Shown here piece by piece: positions 58,285-64,000 of a stretch of 64,000 bases of DNA. This DNA is from the human T2T-CHM13v2.0 reference genome, Homo sapiens. Location of the stretch: assembly GCF_009914755.1 (NCBI RefSeq), contig NC_060930.1. The stretch is one strand, 5' to 3'. Position 1 is the first letter of the stretch. Each line of letters opens with the position of its first letter. Both the position numbers and the translations under genes were made by a program. Below the pieces are notes generated by a model. It had not been told where the DNA came from. It saw only the letters and a program-made list of their open reading frames with translations, and did no database searches.

Positions 58285-61200
58285 CCCACAAGATATAAAA
58301 AAACTACCTTAAAAGAAAATCTAAAAATTATTGATATTTAAGGGGGATCTGAGAAAAAGAAAAAGATAGAAAGCTTATTCAATGAAATAATAATATAAAA
58401 CTTTCCAAAACTTTAGGAAGATATAAATATTCAGGTATGCAAAGGTCAGAGATCACCAAACAGATTAAACCCAAGTAAGACTACTCCAAGTCATGCAATA
58501 AAATTCTCAAAGGTCTAGGGTAAAAGGGGATCCTAAAGACAGCCAAAGGAAATAAGCATAAATGTATAAAGAAGCTCCAATTTGGCAACAGATTTTTCAG
58601 TAAAAATCATATAGGCCAAGAGGGAGGAGGATGACATATTCAAAACAGTAAAAAAAAAAAAAAATGCCTACTGAGAATATTATACCCTGAAAAGTTATCT
58701 TTCAAACATGAAGAAGAAATATAGTTTTTTTCAAAATAAACAAAAACTAAGAAAATTGATCACAACAGACCTGTATTACTAGAAATCATAGAGAGAATTT
58801 TTCAGTTTGAAAGGAAAAAGACTGACATACAAAAATAAAACATAAAAAGGCATAAACCCCCCTCATAAATAAGTACAAAGACAAGCTCAGAATACTGTAA
58901 CAAGATTTTGGTATGTAATCCAATGAACTCTAGTATGAAGACTAAAAGACAAATCTACCAAAACCAATAGGTGCTACAGCAACCTGTTAAGAGATAGTCA
59001 GGATAAAAATATTTCAATTGAAACAACAAAAGTAAAAATGTGGGGGGAATGAAGTTAAAGGGTAGAGTTTGTCATTTTTCCTTTATTTCTATTATTTTCT
59101 TTGTGATAAAAGATAAGTTGCCATCTCTTTAAAATAACTTGTTATAATTATAAGATTTTTGCAAGCCTGATGGCTACCACAAAGCTAAAACCTATAAAAA
59201 ATGCACTAAAAATAAAAACAATAAATTAAAACATACTACCAAAGAAAATCACGTAAGCACAAAGCATGACAGCAAGAAAAGAAAAGAGGAATTACAAAAC
59301 AACCAGAAAACATGCCACAAATGGCGGCAGTAAGTCCTTACTTATCAATATTAACATTGATATAAAAGAAATAAATTCTCCAATGAAAAGATATAGAATA
59401 AATGAATGCATAAAGAAACAAAATCCAATTATATGCTGCTTATAAGAAGCCCACTTCACCTGTAAAAACACACATAGACTGAACTTGAAGGAATGGAAAA
59501 AGATATCCTATGCAAATGGAAACCAAAAAAGAGCAGGAATAGCTATATTTATATAAGATAAAATAGACAACAAATCAAAGACTGTAAAAACAAACAAACA
59601 ACACTCTTTTAAAAAAGAGGTCAACTCAGCAAGAGGATATAACAACTATAAATATCTATATACCCAACACAGTAACACTCAAGTATATAAAATGAGCATT
59701 AATTGATCTAAAGAGAAAGATGAGTTGCAATACAATAATTGTTGAGACTTCAACACCCCACTTTCATTAATGGACAAATTATCTAAACAGAAAAATCGAC
59801 AAAAAACAGCAGAATTAAACTACATAGTTGACCAAATGGGCCTAACTGACATTTTCAGAACATTTCACTCAATTATTGTAGAATGTGCAGTCTTCTCATC
59901 AGCACATGAAACATGCTTTAGAGCAGGCAGTATATTTGATCACAAAACAAGTCTCAACAAATTCAAAAAAGTCAAAACTATATCAATTATCTTCTCAGAC
60001 AAGAATGGAATAAAACTAGACATCAATAACAAGAGAAGGCTTGTAAACTACACAACATGCTCCTGAAGAAATTAAACAACGTGCTCCTGAAGGACCAAAG
60101 GATAAATGAATAAATTAATTTAAAAATTAAAAAAATTCTTGAAACAAATGAATATAGAAATACAATATACTAAAATCTGTGGGATACAGAATAGGGAAGA
60201 GGGAAGTTTATATCAATATGTGCCTATATAAAATAGTAGTAAGGTTTCAAATAAATTACCTAATGATATATCTCAAGGAACTAGAAAAACAAAAATAAAC
60301 TAACCCCAGTGATACTAGAAGGGAAGAAATAATAAATATTACAGCAGAAATAAATGAAAGCGAGACCAAAAGAACCCCCCAAATCAACAAAACAAAAAGT
60401 TGGGTTTTTGAAAAGATATACAAAATAGACAAACCTTTTTCTAGACTAAGAAAAAAAGAGAAGACTCAAATAAATAAGATCAGGAATAAAAAAGCAAGCA
60501 TAACAACTGATACCACATAAATACAAGGAATCTTTAGAGGCTATTACGAACAACTATACACTAACACTTCGGAAAACCTAGACTCAGTGGATAAATTCTT
60601 GCACACATACAAAATACCAAGATTGAATCAAGAAGAAATAGAAAACAGACCAAATGTGATTTACAAGATTGAATCAGTAAAAAATTTTCTCATCAAAGAT
60701 CAGCTTAGAACCTGATAGTTTCACTGCTGAATTCTGTTAAACACTTAAAAAAGAATTAATATGAATTCTATTGAAACAACTTGAAAAAATTGAAGAAGTG
60801 ACAATACTTTCAAATTCATTCTAAAAGTCAGAATTACCCCAATACCAAAACCAGACAAGGCGACAACCAAAAAAGAAAACTACAGACCAATATCCCAGAT
60901 GAACATAGATGCAACTATTCTCAAAGAAGTACTAGCAAACTGAATTCAACAACACATTAAAAGGATAATTTATCATAATCAAGTGGGATTCATTCCAAGG
61001 ATGCAAGAATGGTTCAATGTATGCAAATTAATAAACATGATATATCACATTAACAGAACCAAGGACAAAAACCATATATTCATTTCAACAGGTGTTGAAA
61101 AACCATTTGATAAAATTCAGCATCTCTTTATGATAAAAAGTACTCAACAAAATGGGTATAGAAGGAATATACTTCAAAACAATAAAGGCATATATGACAA

Positions 61201-62923
61201 CCCCACAGCTAACATCATACTGAATGGGGAATGCCTCTAAGCTCTGGAACAAGATAAGGACATTCACTTTCACCATGTTTATTCAACATAATACTATAAG
61301 TCCTAGTCAGAGCAATCAAGCAACAGAAACAATAAAGGGCATTGAAACTGGAGAAGAAGAAGTTAAAAGATCCTTGTTCACAGATGACACTACATTTAGA
61401 GAACTCTAAATGCATCACCAAACACTGTTAGAGTTGTTAAACAAATTCAGTAAAGTTGGAGGATATAAAATTAACATACAAAAATCAGTAGCATTTATAT
61501 ACACCAGCAACTGAAAAAGAAATTAAGAAAACAATTCCATTTATAATAGCAAAAAAAGTAAAATACTTAGGAATAAATTTAACCAGAGAAATGGAAGATC
61601 TTTACATGGCAACTATAAAACATTGATGAAAGAAATGAAGAGGACACAGGAAAATGGAAAAACATTTCATGCTAATGGATTTTAAGAATTAATATTGTTA
61701 AAATGTCAGTATCAAAGCAAATTCAATGCAATCTCTGTCAAAATACCAATGACGTTCTTCACAGAAATAGAAAAAATAATTCTAAAATTTACACGGAGTC
61801 ACTAAAGCCTCCAAATAGCCTAAGAAATCCTGAAAAAAGACCAAAGTTGGAGGCATCACACTGCCTGACTTTAAAATATACTACAGAGCTACAGTAACCA
61901 AAACACCATGGTACCAGCATAAAAACAGACATAGACCAATGGAACATAATAGAAAACCCAGAACCAAATCCATACATTTAGGATCAAATCATTACTGAGA
62001 AAGCCTTCAAGCATTGTACATTGGAAATAAGACACACTTTTCAATAAATGGTTCTGGGAAAACTGCACATCCATATGCAAAAGAATAAGATTAGACACCT
62101 ATCTGTCACCATACACAAAAATCAAATAAAAATTGATTAAAGACTTAAATCTAAGACTGGAAACGATAAAAGTAGTAAAAGGAAACACTGGGGAAATGCC
62201 CTAGAACATTGGTCTGTGTAAAGGTATTTTCAATAAGACCTCAAAATCACAGGCAACGAAAGCAAAAACAAACAAATAAGATTACATCAAGCTGAAAAGC
62301 ATCTGCACAGCAAAGGAAACAATCAACAAAATGAAGAGGTAACCCACAGAATGGGAGAAAATATTTGCAAATTACCCATATGATAAGGGATAAATTATCA
62401 GAATATAAAAAGAACCCAAACAACTCAGTAGCAAAAGAACCAATAATTCAATTTTAATATGAACGAAAGATCAGTATAGACATTTCTCAGAAGACATGCA
62501 AATGGCAGACGGATATGTGAAAAAGTGCTCAGCATCACTAATAGTCTGAGAAATAAAAATCAAAACCACAATGAAATGTCATCTCACCTCAGTCAAAACT
62601 GCTTTTATCAAAAAGATAGGTAATAACAAATGCTGGCAAGGATGTGGAAAAAAGGGGACCTTTGTATACGATTGGTGGGAATATAAACTAGTACAGCCAT
62701 TATGGAAAACAGTATGGAAATTACTTAAAAAATTAAATATAGAACTACTATAGGATACAACAATTCCACTATCAGGTATATATCTAAAAGAAAAGAAAGA
62801 AATATATCAAAGAGATATATCCACTCCAATGTTTATTGTGACACTATTCAAATAATCAAAATATGGAATCAACCTAGTACCCATAAGTAAGTGAATAGAT
62901 AGAGAAAATGTGGTATATACACA

Positions 62924-63690
62924 TGTATCAGTCTGCTCTCACACTGCTATAAAGAACTACCTGAGACCGGGTAATTTATGAAGAAAAGAAGTTTAGTTGA
63001 CCCACAGTTCCACAGGCTTAACAGAAAGCACAGCTGAGAGTTCTCAGAAACTGATAATCATGATGGAAAGCAAAAGGGAAGCATGCACATCTTACTATGG
63101 TGAAGTTGGAGAGAGAGAGAGAGAGAGAGAGAGAAGGAGAGATAAGTCACACACTTTTACACCATCAGATCTTGTGAGAATGCACTATCATGAGAACAGC
63201 AAGGGAGAAATCCATCCCTGATATGGTTTGGCTGTGTCCCCACACAAGTCTCATCTTGAATTGTAGTTTTCATAATCCCCACATGTCATGGGAGGAACCC
63301 AGTGGGAGGTACTTGAATAATGGGGGGTGGTTTCCCCCATGCTATTCTCATGATAGTGAGTAAATTCTCATGAGATCTGATGGTTTTATGAGGGGCTTCC
63401 CCATTTGCTTGGTTCTCATTCTTCTCTCTCCTGCCACCTTGTGAAGAAGGACGTGTTTGCTTCCCCTTCTGCCATGATTGTAAGTTTCCTGAGGCCTCCC
63501 CAGCCCTGTGGAACTGTGAGTCAGTTAAACCTCTTTCCTTTATAAATTACCTAGTTTCAGGTATGGCCTTATAGCAGTGTGAGAATGGACTAATACAGCT
63601 CCCATGATCCAATCATCTCCCACCAGTACCCTCCCCTGACATGTAGGGATACAAATTGAGATGAGATTTGGACAGTTACACACAACCAAT
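62924..63690 (-). mobile_element. MST (MaLR) LTR split by a THE1 LTR
   Basis: tgtatcagtctgctctcacactgctataaagaactacctgagac... with TSD ACACA at 62919-62923 and 63691-63695. Confidence 0.8.
63219..63597 (+). mobile_element. THE1 (MaLR) solo LTR
   Basis: TGATATGGTTTGGCTGTGTCCC ... GAATGGACTAATACA. Confidence 0.9.
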
Positions 63691-64000
63691 ACATATAAAT
63701 ACACAATAGAATAATATTCAGCTATAAGAAAAGTGAAACCCTATAATTTCCAGCAACATGGATGGAACAGGAGGCACTTTGTTAAGCGAAACAAGCCAGG
63801 AACAGGAAGATGAACATCACATGTTTTCACTCATATGCAAGAGCTTAAAAAGTGAATCACATGAAGTCAGAGGGTAGATTGATGGTTACCATAGGTTAGG
63901 AAGGGTAGGGAATCAGGGGATTGAAAAGAAGTTGATTAATGGGTACAAAAATTCAGTTAGATAGAAGAAATAAGACCTATTATTTGATAAATAAGTAGAG

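Larger units (their letters stand above)
56460..64000 (+). mobile_element. Near full-length old LINE-1 (L1MA/L1PB-type), heavily decayed, carrying LTR insertions
   Basis: 5' motif CAAAATGGCAGAGTAGAAG at about 56472. ORF2 remnants GFIPRMQEWFNVCKLINMIYHINRTKDKNH (60983) and WWEYKLVQPLWKTVW (62571). The 3'UTR runs to the window end. Confidence 0.85.

Overview
Primate, very probably human, genomic DNA that is AT-rich and dense in repeats. From the LEG1 exons I recognise it as the region just 3' of LEG1/C6orf58 (6q22). The + strand carries the last two coding exons of LEG1 (5013-5251 and 6469-6548). About 30 kb away on the - strand, tail-to-tail, lies an intron-containing LEG1 paralog that the ORF track shows only in fragments. 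Five of its exons are readable (50251-50165, 49113-48934, 47988-47888, 39434-39196, 37060-36961), with canonical splice sites, a polyA signal, LEG1-like exon phases and two frameshifts; exon 1 was not found. Comparing the two copies suggests that the last exon of the apparently functional LEG1 is itself read out of the ancestral frame. The helix homologous to the paralog's C-terminus (KNLMYIEIIRNLALEVME versus KTLMKLTVARKLFLAILE) lies in a different frame from the spliced product (GYLCTEKS...GNNS). The rest is mobile DNA: a full-length but dead L1PA2/3 inside an ERV1 remnant, a young 5'-inverted L1 with the ACG diagnostic, several old L1s, Alus, solo LTRs, a THE1-in-MST-in-L1 nest, and Tigger/MER DNA transposons. 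Repeat subfamily names come from recall of consensus sequences and need RepeatMasker confirmation.
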